A stretch of DNA of 64,000 bases from NCBI GenBank assembly GCA_047967505.1, contig CM106538.1, one strand, 5' to 3'. Of this stretch, positions 35,712 through 55,100 are shown piece after piece. The stretch is from Dipteris shenzhenensis (taxonomy: Eukaryota). The position numbers and the translations under genes were made by a program. Every line of letters begins with the position of its first letter. The stretch's first letter is position 1. The notes beneath the pieces are model-generated. The model was not told the origin of the DNA, did not search any database, and saw only the letters and a list, made by a program, of their open reading frames with translations.

Positions 35712-38134
35712 GAGGATTACCAAAAAGCGAGCGAAGAAAAGCGAGCAGCCCCAAATAAGCGAGCAAGATTAAATAGGTTTCAAGCGAGCGAGAACCTCAT
35801 CCAACATCTTATTCCTCTCAATATCATTGGAACAATTGATGTGATCATAAGCAAATTAAACATATTCCAACAATGAAGGCATGCCTGAAACTCACAATTA
35901 ACTTCTCTTTCATCCCCATACTATCAATTTGAGTCGTTGTGGAGAGGTAGAGACACAACAATACATAAAATTTGCGATAAAAAAAGCAAACACTACTCAG
36001 ATTGAACATCCACACAGCAAGATAATGATAGATCACAATGTAGAATATATGACTGAAAATATGTAAACATGATCATGTGCTACATATACATATCATGTCT
36101 TTTATGCTTGCAAAAGATCATCCATACATTCGATCCAAAAACATGGAAACAGAACTAACTATGTCAAAAGAAAAAAAATACATTTTCATCATAAGGATTA
36201 ATTTTGCTTAGTGAAAATACCTATGTAATCTGGACAATACCATGCTTTAAAAAACTTAGGGAGCCAAAAAAGGATTTTAGCCCTCCATATTTCTATTATG
36301 ACCAATGTCTGAATGATAGTTCTATCGGAACTAGAAATGAATGCATCTAACCACTATGTTGAGTGCTCATCCAGTATCCTATAGACTATTATGTTAAATT
36401 CAATATGTGACCACAAACTCAAGCATAAGAGGAGCATGATTCAAGTGAAATAATTGGCAAAGACACTCGGTAACTAGTGTCCTACTGCATCTAATGAAAA
36501 ATATGCACCAGGCATTAACAAGCTTTTATTTCCACCCGTATAAGCAAACTCGTATCTTGTAGTATGAAAAACTTTAAGGAAAACATTTCACTTAATGCAT
36601 CAGTTAAGCCAGTGACTACTCATCATGCACAATCAAACAATCATCAAGGAAAGTCTAGTCAAGCAAGTTGAAGCAAAAAACCAAATATCTATTCGGATCT
36701 ATGCCGTGGTGTATCCGCCAACCATGAGTAGCAAAAGAACCTATGAAAAAAGCAAAATAGGGATTATGCCACTCTACCATGATCACTTCCATGCTACAAA
36801 TAAGGGAATACATAGTCATTTTAGGGTACTTTTAGGGTTCATTCCCAACCACTAAAAAGAGAGCCAATGCTATCTATTTGTATTCATAAAATCTTTATGA
36901 ACATTATCATGTTCAATATAAGGATAGGAGCCAGCTCAATGGGTAGTCTTAAACAAATATAAATACTATTCAAATTTTAACCTTATGCAAAAGCTTTTTT
37001 TTTAACACAAAGTAAAACTTGATTATACATATAGATGGGAATCAGGTCACCATTGTAAGTATGTATTTAGTAATTAAGTTGAAAATATTCCCTTAGAAAA
37101 ATAGATCAATCAACATAGTACCCATATTATATATCCAAAATTTACAAGATCTCATTCATACCATTAGATTGTTTTCATCACTTGTCATCAGTACTAACCT
37201 CAATTGGCATTATGTATTTGGGTCAAAATAGTTTTTAGTATAGGATATAATGGAGCAATACATTTATGTAATATCTAGTGATCATAGTTTCTAATATAGG
37301 ATAAAATGGAGCATAGAGTAATGTTGTCATTCAAAAATGATAATATACCTTCCTTGACCATATACAAGTATCATGCATTCATAAAAAAAGTTAGTCATAA
37401 ACTGCAATATAATGTGCCCATAATGCATGTACTAATAAATCTTCACATGTTAGAATGTGAGAAAGGGAATAATTTAACTATGAAATCAGGGATCAATGTA
37501 GGAAATGGTCTTCTATGCACACATATATGCTAAGGGTCCATCTAATACAATATTGGAAATTGATGTGAGTATAAGTGTATGCATCCATCGGTGATGTATA
37601 TGAGTGTATGCATCCATTTGTGATGTATATTGTTGTACTAATCCATGGTGCTTTACGGCTTGAGTTGTTTGTAGCGCAATTAATCACAACAATTTTGTAT
37701 TTTTTAAAAGAAAAATGCCATAAACATTTCATGCTGCAAAATACACACAAAAAAATGGCATTTGTAGCATTAATCCAAGCATTTCCTACAAGCAATCTCC
37801 ATCCCTCCCTTTCTTGCTTACTCTTTCGGCCACCTCCACCCTCTTGTTGCCCTTCAAGACTGCCTCTTGCCTCCTCGCCTCCTTGCTTCCTCACCTCCTC
37901 ACCTCCTTGCTTCTTTGCCTTCTCACCTCCTTGCATCATGCTTGTTGCTGGCAATTCCAAGGCTGTCCCTCCCCTCATTAGCCAGCTCCTCTACTCCTCA
38001 CATCATCCTTCTCCTCATTTTGGTGTCTCTAATGAATAGCTTGGGGGTCTTGTTTTTGGAGGGGGGAAGCATAAGAATGGCAACACCTTAATGCGCTGTC
38101 ATTTTTCGTGCTTTTGCCACCCAAAAACAAGACC

Positions 38135-38251
38135 TGCAAAGCCCTTGCTTAAGCTTGAATGAGCCTCTTGATTTTGGGCGTGTTAAGCCATTTTTGACCA
38201 TTATACCCCCAAAATCAAGAGGCTCATTCAAGCTTAAGCAAGGGCTTTGCA
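38135..38251. repeat. Perfect 44-bp inverted repeat with 29-bp spacer
   Basis: TGCAAAGCCCTTGCTTAAGCTTGAATGAGCCTCTTGATTTTGGG (38135-38178) is the reverse complement of 38208-38251. Confidence 0.92.
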
Positions 38252-38883
38252 AGCATTGCAAGTCCAGTAAATGAAATCAATTAGATTAGGAATTGGCAAA
38301 CTCAATTTGGGAATGGTCAGAAATACTTTGTCTTTGAATAATGCCTTGGATCATGGGATGGGGTCCCATGAACCTGCTGCCTATGACGACGAATGGTTCT
38401 GCCCTCGACTAAAGGTAACGTGTGTAGTAGTAAAAGGATAGCCCTCATGGAATCTCTAAGGGGTCTTGATTTTGGCCATGATTTGCACATTCTAGCACTT
38501 GAGCCATATATCAATTTCCAACACTTGAGGCATATAGTGGCTTTGCCCACGCAATGTTTCCAGCTGCAATCCAAGCCTCAAGCAATCTCATATTCTGTAT
38601 CCAGAGACATCATGAGGGGTAGAGCCTCTTTTTGGTAGTCTCACTAGCAATATGTATTGAAAAAAAAATGTATTCAATTATTATATTCTTCCTTGCTATA
38701 TGAATGCTCTTAATGCATCCAAATTGTAGAACTACTTCAATACTACTTCTTAGTTATATTGTATAATAACCTCCATATGTATGCTCGTGAGACAACAAAA
38801 AAGAGACCTGGCAACCCAAAAATGATAGTGCATTGATGCGCTGCCATTTTTGGGCTACTAGGCCTCTTTTTTAATGTTTCCTG

Positions 38884-44140
<5,257 letters not shown>

Positions 44141-44367
44141 TAGTAGTTTTAGTACACATACATACATACATATGTGTGTGTGTACATACATACATGGATG
44201 ATGCATGCATGCATACATACATACATACATACATATTGATGCATATAGTTTTACTAGATGGGGAAAATAGGCCCTACTTCGATTTTTGTGGAGAGACACA
44301 ACTAGACAAATAGAGCAAGTCCAAGGGGTCGCTGGGGACACCTCCCGGCAAATGGAGATGCCCGGTA

Positions 44368-44850
44368 TGCAATTTTAGCACCAATTTTGGGATGTAAGCT
44401 GCATAGTCATGTCCAAAAAAAGTTGTCAATTCTTGCATTAAATGTAGGGTGGTGAATATATGCTATTCCGTCATGGGGCCGGAGAAGACGGAGGCAAAAA
44501 ATTGAACCTCCAAAAAGACTTCTTTTACCAGTCTATGGGGACCGCGGCTCTTACTAGTGTTGAGAGTGGACAAGACAGCTACCGTTGGTGTGATATGGGA
44601 ATCTCCTAATCTGCAATTTTAGCACCAATTTTGGAATGTAAACTACATAGTCAGGTCCAAAAAAGTTGTGTCAATTATTGCATTAAATGTAGGGTGATGA
44701 ATATATCCTATTTCATCAGGGGGCCTGCAGAAGACGGAGGGAAAAAATTGAACCTCCAAAAAGACTTCTTTTACCGGTCTATGGGGCCTAGCTCTTACTA
44801 GCATTGAGAGTGGACAAGATAGCTACCGCTGGTGTGATATGGGAATCTCC
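44368..44850. repeat. Tandem duplication, ~245 bp x2
   Basis: TGCAATTTTAGCACCAATTTTGG...GTGTGATATGGGAATCTCC at ~44368 and ~44613. Confidence 0.9.
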
Positions 44851-46857
44851 AAGTCTCAAGTTTTGGGGTACATGAAATTAGATCATGCTAACGGTAACTC
44901 TAAGAGGTTCCAAAGGCAGGCAACATTCTTCATCATAGCTAACTCAAATGCAAGGCAATGAAAATGCCAGGAGAGTTGCTAGGTAGCATTGATTTTGGGA
45001 AGGGATATGATGATACTTTGTTGTGTTATGTAGGATATTAATTTCCATTAAATTTGGGACATGTTAGATATAACTTCATAAAATCCTAAGTCATGAAATT
45101 AATACATTACAAGTTCAAGCATAAATAATAGTTGTGAAGTTAATGCATTAAATATTCAAGCCTAAAGAAGAATTAATCAAGACCTAATGCACCGTACCAG
45201 AGACTTTGGCCTTACCCTCATTCCATAGACTTGCCAACGTAAGGCCAAAATTTTCATTCTTAAGAATATGTGGAAAGACCTTACATTTGGCCCACTTTTG
45301 GCGAAAAAATTTCATTCTAAAGAATAGGTGGAGTGAAATTGTGTTTGATAAATACAAATCAATGCTCAAGTTTGGACATTATTAAATAAAGGTATCCTTT
45401 TGAAGATATTGGAACACATGAGAGAAATAATATTGAAGATACATGAATTTTTAGATATACTATCAAAGACGAATGAACATATAATGGATGAAATCCTATT
45501 GATGATACATGAATTTTCAATAGAACTGTTATTCAAAAGATTTGATGGATTGAATGTAGATTTAATACATTATCCCTTTTACAAGGGTATTTGAGTTTAA
45601 GGCTTGAAACATAAGAATGAATTTGTGTTGAAGCCTAGTGGAAGCCTAGTGGTTTGTTAAGGATATGTGAAACTTGAAGTAAAAGTACTTACAATGGAAG
45701 GGATTATATCAAGATCCTATTAAGGACATGTGAACATATAGTAGAATAATTCTACATAAAATCAGTGGATCAAACTTAATGGCTCAAAAGCAAAAAGGGA
45801 TGATGGTGCAACCTAGGGGCTACTCTACAGCACTATGGCAGCAATCTTTGTAGTTACTATCAAAGGTAGTGTAAACTTTTTGTCAAGGAAAGAGACGCGA
45901 ACCACTCCACATGACCTAGATCTGTATGACCTAGGTTGCACCGACTTGTTTCTTTCATGGATAAAAAGTGACCCTTAGGTGATGCTATAGCACTCCCTTT
46001 TTTGGTCCATTATTATAGCACAATTGGGGCCTTTTGACCTAATACTAGCTACCCATCAAATATTTGTTGTAGATGTTAGGGGTAATTACCAAACTACTAG
46101 TGGTAGTTTTATCACCACCATTAGTAATTTTATTTGAGTGTTCCTTAATGGTAGTTCTCCTACTACTACATACAATATTACCAATAGTAGTCCTAATCCC
46201 AATGATAGTACACATAATATTATTATACCGTCCAACTTTAATCATCATTATATCTATGAATGCATATATATAGGTCTATCTATATCTATACCTATTTATT
46301 CGTCATCCAATACGTTTGCATTTATTTTTGGTGCTTTGCTTACTTTGAAACTAAAGATAATGTGATTTCATTATTGTTTGCATTGTTGTCAAACATGAGG
46401 AGCTGGAATGCATAAGAGTTGGGAGGCACATTATAATTTCTGTGCAGATTTGAGCCATTGAATAGCCTATTGATTCTGATTGTTTTCTTTCTTATTAAAT
46501 CCTTAATTTGGTTATTTCACACCGAACATCGCCATATCAATTCTTTTTTTTTTTGTTCTAGTAATGTCCTATCGCAGCATAGTCTAGGGTTGATCAAACA
46601 AGATAAATGGGTGCTCACATTTAATATATTTTTGAGAGTCAGAGGATAGTGGCTGTAGACTACAAAATCATCACTTTGAATAAATTTGGCAAGATTCTTC
46701 TGATAGAAGGAATAATTTCTATTGCACTAAAGATGAAAGAAAATTATCAAAAGGCTGATACAAGGCTCAAAATCACACTGGTGCTACTAGGCTTAATAGT
46801 CGTAGGCTAGTAGTAGTACTAGTGTATTTACTAAGTAGTGTGCATGCCTCTCCTCAT

Positions 46858-47470
46858 TAAAATTCATAGTCTTCAAAAATATATAATACATAAGTCAAAA
46901 TATTCTAATTAGTTTTATCATCCTAATGTTGAAACTGACTTAAATTCATAGTCTTCAAAAAGGTATAATACATAAGTCAAAATATTCCAATTAGTTTTAT
47001 TGTCCTCATGTCGAAACTGACTTTTTCTTCCTTCGTCTCCTATGAGCTTCAAACCTTTAATCCATTAATCTCTCAAATAGTAAGAATGGTCTTGTATTAA
47101 GAGACGATGATATCTAAAGTGATCTACAAATACTAAGAATGGTCTTATATTAAGAGGTGATGATATCTCAAGTGTTATACAAACCGTAAGAATGGTTTTG
47201 TATTAAAAGGTGATGATATCTCAAGTGTTCTACAAATAGTAAGAATGGTTCAAGTGTTCTACAAAAGTATTAGGTACCTCTTAGTGGCTGAAGGGAAGGA
47301 GTGATGATATCTCAAGTGTTCTACAAATAGTAAGAATGGTCTTGTATTAAGAGGTGATGATATCTCAAGTGTTCTACAAATAGTAATAATGGTTTTGTAT
47401 TAGGAGGTGATGATATCTCAAGTGTTCTATAAAACTATTAGATACCTCTTAGTGGTTGAAGGGAAGGGGT
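46858..47470. repeat. ~83-bp duplication (46858-47022) followed by a ~53-bp tandem repeat (47075-47470)
   Basis: AAATTCATAGTCTTCAAAAA..GAAACTGACT occurs twice; CAAATAGTAAGAATGGTCTTGTATTAAGAGGTGATGATATCTCAAGTGTTCTA occurs about 6 times. Confidence 0.88.
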
Positions 47471-48092
47471 TGGAAGTATGGGCAAAATCTCTAGGAACTA
47501 CAGGATGGTTGCAAGAACAATTTTGAATGTCATAAATGACACTTGGGTTTTTCAACATATGGGTGAACTATTTTTAAACATTTTCTTTCATGGTTGATAA
47601 CACTTTTAATAAGAAGAACCATTTTGAATGTCATAAGTGTTGATGCAATCCCATGCTATGAAGTCTATAGAAAGTTTTTTTTCCCCACATATGGGTGAAG
47701 TGATGTTTATGTTACTAAGTTCAACATATCAAGCAACGCATTTGTTTTGATTATTAAAGGAGTTTGATAATAAGACCCATTTCAAATGCAAAAGAATTGT
47801 TGTATCAGTAATGGAATCCGCTTTGGAGTGGAAATTTGGTTTCTTTCAAACCACATACTATTGTTGCATAATGTGAGTATGGCTCCAATTGGAAGTTAAG
47901 GTAGACTATAATTCGCAATATTGGTATAGTTACACATAGTAACATAAGTTTTATTTTCGACAATTTTCCCAAATAGTGGTTTCCACAAAGCTATGTTGAA
48001 TACCTCGATAAGGAAATTGTGGAAAAGCTCGCTCGCTTTTTTGGGCCCGCTCGCTTTTCCTCGCTCGCTCTATCGACTGCCTCGGGAGGATG

Positions 48093-48620
48093 TTCCATGA
48101 CACCATGGGCTGGTGATCCATGGACATAGCATGTGCTTACTCCTTGCCAACCTTGGGAGGTATCACATGATGATCAGGATCTCAGGTTCACATCTAGCAA
48201 GGATTATGATCAATTGACATATTTTTTGGCCATTGATGATGTTTTTGTTGTCATTGCTCCTAAGGACAATGACGGGGTGTGGATAACTACTTGTTGAGAT
48301 GCTCTTTGGTAAAGAGTGTGCTCAATAAGGACGCAATGGATGGACATGGAATGTCTTACGATGCTCATAGCATGGTGGTCAGTGGCTACTACTTCCAATA
48401 GTTATGGCGGCATGGTGGCTTCATCTAATTTCATTAGTACATGGCTGATCGTCATCGTGAGGCATACATGTATTCACATCTTGTTGTTGTGATCAAGCTT
48501 CCACTGCATCATGTCATCTCTTGCAAGGCATCATCCATTGCATGCTGGTGCCTTGCTACTATAGAGGATCACAAGAGCATACTTGTGACTATTGCCATCT
48601 GGAGGAGTAGTTCATTGTAT
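48093..48620 (+). pseudogene. Sola-like transposase, element B, 3' part
   Basis: ..SSKDYDQLTYFLAIDDVFVVIAPKDND..AYMYSHLVVVIKLPL matches the element C tail HDALSDALCVGDNFAVIAPLDND..VFIESHLVRAIKFPM. Confidence 0.75.
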
Positions 48621-48799
48621 ATCATTGTATTACTGATCTACATTCTCATGCTCTCAGCATATTATTGTATTGTGGATCTTTGATATCGTTACATGCCATT
48701 GTATTGGGAATGTATGGTTTCATGCACTACATATATCATTCTATTTTAATCTCGGCGAGGTTCCGACAGTCAAACATACGAATCACCTTTTTCCTTGTT

Positions 48800-49310
48800 T
48801 TTCTCTCTTCATTTCCATTTCCACATTTTGCATTTTCGAATCTTCTTTTCTACATTTTCGCATTTCCTTTTTTGCATTTTTGCATCTCCATTTTCGATAT
48901 TTTTGCATTTTCCGTTTCCACACTTCTACATCCACATTTTTGCATTTTCATTTCTGCATTTCCGTTTCCACATTTTTGTTTCCACATTTCCATTTTTGCA
49001 TCTCCATTTCCGCATCTCCTTTTCCACATTTTCATTTCTGCACCTTCGCATTTTCACATCTCCATTCCATTTTTGCATTTTTGCATTTCCATTTCCGCAT
49101 TTTCATTTCGACATTAAATTTGCATCTCGATTTTTGCATTTTTGCATTTCCACATATCCATTTCCGCATTTCCACTTCCGCATTTCCAAATTTCTACATC
49201 TCCATTTCCATATTTCCATTTCCGCATTTCCATATTTTCATTTCTGCATTTCCATTTCCGCATCTCCATTTCTGCATTTTTGCATATATCCGTTTTTGCA
49301 TTTTTACATC
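48800..49310. repeat. Low-complexity TTGCATTTCC/CATTTCC repeat
   Basis: Read directly; it produces spurious F/H/I/S-rich ORFs. Confidence 0.85.
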
Positions 49311-49414
49311 TAAAGGGGCCAATTGATTGGGCATCTTTCTCTGAGAGCGTACTTGCAAATATGGAACCCGAAAAGATGATGCTAAAGTGACAGAGGTGGG
49401 CATCTTTCCACTCT

Positions 49415-50216
49415 ATGGAGGCACCTCCTAACTCTTGTCAAATGATGGGTATGCCAGTTGAGGTAGGGGATACACCCACCTCGTCAGATTTCCAAAGGTC
49501 GAAGAAGAAAATTTTTGTTGCCCTGCCTCTTGCAGACTTGGATAGTGTGCTGGTCCAAGTTTCCAAAATGCATTCCTTAGCACTATTAGAACAAAAAGAG
49601 GTGGCAAAGGCACTTGAGGCACACAAGGCAGATATGCATCATGATGAGGGTGCAAGAGCACTAGTAGATACTTTGGCACAACTAGAGACTGCTAAGGCTG
49701 CCTTAGAAGCAGAGGAGAGTGCTATGATAGCTAATGTAATCAAGATGGACCAACTGAAGCAAAAAATTGGACGGTTGACATTGACCATTGAGATATGGGT
49801 TCTTTGGTAGACACAAAATCTGTTGATGTTGTGGGGCCAGGTCTCAAGCAGAGTTTGACTTGAAAGACATGACAGTAATGTGTGGAGAAGCCCAGATGGA
49901 GTTTGTAAAAAACATGCGAGGGAACAAAAGTCCTGTTTTGTTTAGTGTTTTACCACCTAAAATGCCATCTGCTGATAATTACACATTTGATTCATGTTAT
50001 ATTTGTACATCTTGTGGGTTGTTGATGTATGATGCCAAATCCTTAGGCATGTTCTTGCTTCCATGCAAGCATGCATACCACATGTACTGTTTTGCACAGC
50101 TTGCTGCTAGCTCGGACTAGTGTATGGACAAACAATGCAGGCAGATAATTACACCAAAGATATGGTCGTTGGTGCTCTTTGATATTTGTGACGCATTGTA
50201 CGAAAGCTTTCATCAG
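49415..50216 (+). pseudogene. Coiled-coil plus RING-H2 zinc-finger exon (element C cargo gene, 5' part)
   Basis: A/E/L/K-rich helical segment at 49540-49790, then CTSC-x14-CKHAYHMYC-x10-CMDKQC; stops at 49808 and 50118; GT donor at 50217. Confidence 0.7.
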
Positions 50217-50479
50217 GTATGTTCACAAATCATCCAACTTGAATTTGTGTTTTGTATCCTGCATGCTCTAATTATGTATGTCGTACCTATCTACCTATGA
50301 GGTGCAAGGTGCATGCCCGTGAAGTTGTAGCTATCTAATTATCCGGCAAGTGCTACCTAATAGGCCTTTCCATTTTTATAGTAGTTGGCTGCCAAGCACT
50401 GGAGGGTCACTACCTTCCCACCAAATGATCCTTACCAGGCCATACCACAAATGTTGAATTCCACATACTAGGTGGCAGG

Positions 50480-51765
50480 TACTTAGCAATTTGCTGCTGG
50501 CAATTGTTGCCATACATGAATTGGTAGCTACAACATAGCTACCGCTAGCACATGGTGCATAGATAGCTATAATATGGTGTATGGTAGTAGAGAAGGTCTG
50601 GGGGTTTGGCTACCTTCCTACCAAATGCTACCTACTAGGCCCTCCCACAATTGCTAGCTAACACAAACTAGATGGCTACAACATTGTGGTAGCTACCTCA
50701 TGCTTGATACATAGGTGTGACTTGATGTTTGGTAACTTCCACGTGGTGCATAGATAGCTACGACTTAACGAGTAGTGGTCACCATGGTAGATACGTCATG
50801 GTGGATACAACATCATGGCAGGTACTAATGGTGGATACATAGCTATGACAGTGGATAGCTACTCCATGGAATAGATAGCTACCTCTGCTGTCCACCACAT
50901 GGTGGATAGATGGCTACAACACAGTGGTAGCTACCTCATGGTGAATACATAGCTATGACTTGATGTCTGGTACCTTCCACATGGTGCATAGATAGGTACG
51001 ACTTAAGGAGTAGTGGTCACCATGGTAGCTACCTCATGGTGGCTACAGCACCATAGTAGGTACTACATGGTGGATAGATAGCTATGTCACAGTGGTAGCT
51101 ACTCCATGGAATAGGGAGCTACCTATTGTCCACCACATGGTGGATAGATGGCTACAACATAGTGGTAGCTGCGTCAAGGTGGATACATAGCTATGACTTG
51201 ACATCTGGTACCTTCCACATGGTGCATAGATAGCTACAACTTAAGGAGTAGTGGTCACCATGGTAGCTACCTCATGGTGGATACATAGCTATGTCACAGT
51301 GGTAGCTCCTCAATGGAATATCTAGCTACCTACTGTTCACCACATGGTGGTAGGTACTACATGGTGGATAGATAGCTATGTCATAGTGAAAGCTACTCCA
51401 TGGAGTAGGGAGCTACCTGCGGTACACCACATGCTAGTGGATAGATGGCTACAACATAGTGGTAGCTACCTCATGGTGGATACATAGCTATGACTTGACG
51501 TATGGTACCTTCCACATGGTGCATAGATAGCTACAACTTAAGGAGTATTAGTCACCATGGTAGCTACCTCATGGTGGATAGATAGCTATGTTACAATGGT
51601 AGCTACTCCATGGAATAGGTAGCTACCTACTGTCCACCACATGGTGGTAGGTACTACATGGTGGATAGATAGCTACGTTATAGTGGTAGCTACTTCATGG
51701 AACAGGTAGCTACCTACTGTCCACCACATGGTAGATAGATGGCTACAACACAGTGGTAGCTAAAA
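50480..51765. repeat. GGTAGCTACC / CCACATGGTGGATAGATAGCTA satellite in the cargo-gene intron
   Basis: Dozens of GGTAGCTAC(C) palindromic motifs with a longer period of roughly 240-300 bp; the same motif occurs at 54600-55100 and 57380-59740. Confidence 0.9.
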
Positions 51766-52067
51766 TTCCTTTTGTAGAGGTACCTCTTCACGGTTTTGGA
51801 TTCTGTATATAGTTGTAAGCTGCCTATAATGACATTGTTACATTCATACTTTTGATTTGGTTGGCAAGTAGATTTGTGTCTGACTAGTACCTTGTGTGAT
51901 ACTTTGCCATTCCATATCTCACAACTATCTTCATGATTGCAAAACTGCAGATACCTAAAAAAGAAATGTGTGCGCCAAAAATAGCTGTTGTTGATGAGGG
52001 TCCTCAAAATGGTATAGGATATGACTGGTTATTCCTTCTTCCTTTTTGACAACATGAATGTATACAG

Positions 52068-54290
52068 ATGTTACTTGAAGTCGTCCTTACATCTTTTGTT
52101 TTTGGCTGTCTGGCAGTGGGTGAATCACTTAATACTACTACTGTTGATGGAGATTTGCTTGATTTTCTCAAAAACTTGAGAAATTACATCCCTTCAATTG
52201 AGCCGGATTCTCTGGACAAGGCAGATGCCAGTCATACTTCTAGTGAAATGGAGCGAGTAGAAGCAGATGCACCAAATCCAAATTCTCCTATTGACAGCGT
52301 GGGGGTGTTGGGAGACAATGTTACAAAGACACTTGGTGGTTCAAATTCAAGAGATATAAGTGACAGGGTCCCTCAGATTTTTGAGAAGACACTTGTTGGT
52401 TCAAAATCGAAAAATGGAAGCAAGGGGAGTCCTACACTTGTAGAGACCTTAACGTTGTTGCGAAAAACAATGAAATGGAAGTTTGGAAGAGGTGAATTTA
52501 ATTGGCCTTTTCCTTTCTTTGGTAATGATGGATGTGTCTTCTCTCTAATTACTAATTGATTGTTCTTGCAGGAGAAACTACTATGACAATTGAACCTACC
52601 ACAAAGAATGACACTAGTCAAGATGCAAGGGAAGGTGCTGCTACTTCCAAGGCAAAAAAATGCTTGCCTTCCTAGTTGTTTCTGTCAGAAGCTAGTGTTG
52701 TAACAAAAAATCTCTATCAAAATACTATGGCTACTTTTGGCTTTGTAAAATCCCACTGACAATCATTTTCAATGGAATTTTGTGTTCTCAATGTCTTTTC
52801 TTCTAGCCCATTATCCAATAAAGTTGTCTTGTGCATTGTGATGTAGCACTTTGACATATGTTCCTTGTACTCCCTATCCCATACATCATGAATATGTAAC
52901 CTTGATTGTACAAGTAGTTGTAAAATAATGTCATGTGTCCTTATACAGAGATTTATGTTATGGACTATTGCTGGAAATTGCCATGGGGAGGGAAGGGCAT
53001 GACAACGCTCCTAGATGCTTACAAGGACAATGGTTTTGGCTTGGACTTGCATCGTGCAGCCAGAGATGTATTGTGTGCCATAAAAGCTATAGCAGTAGGG
53101 TGTGATACACATGGTCATGAGAGGAAGGCAGGGATGCATATTTGCAAAGCAATGAACAAGAGGGGAGTGTTGAGGATTTCTCAAAAGGCACAGAGTTTTT
53201 TGCACCAGAATTTTCTTGGAAGTTGCCATGGGGACAGAGAGGCATGGTAGTGGTCCTAGACTCTTGCAAAGGATCAAGGTTTTGGCTTACACATGCTACG
53301 TGAATGCGGGGATGTACTCAATGACATAAAAGCTATGGCTATTAGGTGTGATCCACCATGCACACGAGAGGGACACTGCTATATATCAGCCAAAGAATGA
53401 ACTTGAAACAATTATTGTGGATTCCCCAGAAATATCACCAAAGAGTAAACGAGAAGCAAGTGATTAGGATTCCCTACGAGGCACAGTTGTAGTTGTGGAA
53501 AGTAGACTTGTCATATCACGAATGCCGATGAAATTCAGGAGAAAAGTGTGGCAGCACTTGCTTCGCTCAAAAAGACTATTCACATTGCAGACCTAAAGTG
53601 CTAGTTCTGGATGTGAATGGTTTACTTTTTCTAGAGTACAGACAAATTTGGGGCATGAAGGAGAATGTTGATTTTAAGGAAACTACACTTAAATACAAGG
53701 TTCACCATGTAAAAGAGCAATTATGCACAAACCATGCCTTCACTTACATCATCTGATTTGATGTAGAGTAGTTTGTTTGTTCTCGCTCTAGCAATTTTAT
53801 TCTATGCTTATGGTCATCTTGCATGAAAAATAATATTCATCGAGCACTGGAAGATTGCTTTGAGAACTTGCATCCAAGTATTTAGACTGATATCCTATCA
53901 CAGGAGAATTGCATGGAGGCATCTTTCACACTCGCGCAAGTGCCTGCTGGCTTGGATCAAAAGAACCACAAGCCAGTCTTCATGAAACATGTGAAGGACT
54001 TGATTGTGAGGCATCCTGAGTGGAGAACATATGAGGTATTGCTAGTTGATGACACCAAGTACAAGAACATGCTAAATTCATCTGGTCAATGATTTGTCAG
54101 ACATCGCTCGACCCAATGGATGATGAGCAGGATCCTTTCTTCCTCACCAATGCTCTATTTCCATGGCTGCTTAAATGGAAAGAAGTTGAATATCCAAGAG
54201 CATATGTGTAGCAAAATATGCTATGTAATGAAAAGGATATGGAGTCCATGTATGTAATGAAGCATTGGCAGGACTCTGAGTCATGTTGCA
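52068..54290 (+). pseudogene. Cargo gene 3' part: low-complexity linker, duplicated LPWG domain and FCP1/NIF-type HAD phosphatase domain (53589-~54200)
   Basis: One frame from 53589 reads RPKVLVLDVNGLL..YII*FDVE*FV..LCLWSSCM..ILSQENC..KPVFMKHVKDL..EVLLVDDTKYKNMLN; after a shift, FLTNALFPWL. This is the motif order of FCP1-homology domains; several stops. Confidence 0.75.
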
Positions 54291-54349
54291 ATGTAACAAA
54301 AAAGCTTGCAATCTATTGATACTTTTTGTAATTGCTTTTTGATACACCC

Positions 54350-55100
54350 TTCTAGGGACTATGTGATCCAAGGCAATTTTTGACTTATACATGAATAAAT
54401 GGTGCTTTTTTAGTGTTCTATCAACATGTAGTCTTTAATATTCTCTTGAAGAAAGTGTGTGTTGAATGGTTATGCACAACTAATTGAAAGATTGAGAATT
54501 CTAGAATCTTAGGATTGTTTTTGTACATCCTTTTTTTGGAAGGGGTTTGACTTAGACAATCAGTTAATTAGCTAATGGATACCATCATAATAGAGAGTTG
54601 AATTTATGCCAGGTGGTTGCTAGTGGTCTAGTTGTAGGTAGCTACCACAACAACAGAGAGCACAATGTTTACCATGTGGTAACTACCAACATAACAGGTG
54701 GTAGCTACCACCATACATAATTTTGATACAATCTAGGGACTATGTGGTCCAAGGCAATGTATTTCACTTATGCATGAATAAGTGGTGCTTTTTTAGTATT
54801 CTATCAGCATGTGGTATTTAATATTCTCTTGAAGAAGGTTTGTGTTACATGGTTATGTAGAACTAAGTGAAAGATTAGAGTCTTACGCTTGTTTGTGTAC
54901 ATGCTTTTTTTGGAAGGGGTTTGAGTTAGTCAATCTGTTAACTAGGTGAGCATAATTTTTGCCAGGTGGTAGCTACCACCACAACAGAGAGAACAATGTT
55001 TACCAGGTGGTAACTACCAACATAATCAGTGGTAGCTACCACCACACATAATTTTACCCAGGTGGTCAAGCCATAAAATAGCTGGTAGCTAGCATCATGA
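54350..55100. repeat. Direct duplication (~380-bp period) with GGTAGCTACC motifs, between the convergent genes
   Basis: TCTAGGGACTATGTG.TCCAAGGCAAT at ~54350 and ~54731 with colinear downstream sequence. Confidence 0.85.

Noticed and set aside
36360-36660. ULP1-like protease in the MULE (HWLN word on the minus strand)
   Set aside because: No convincing catalytic His/Asp/Cys motifs; heavily interrupted.
47770-47830. Helitron-like YNNSFAFEMG word on the minus strand
   Set aside because: A single short motif without Rep or helicase motifs nearby; likely chance.
48665-49403. F/H-rich membrane-protein-like ORFs in three frames
   Set aside because: Low-complexity CATTTC repeat open in all frames.
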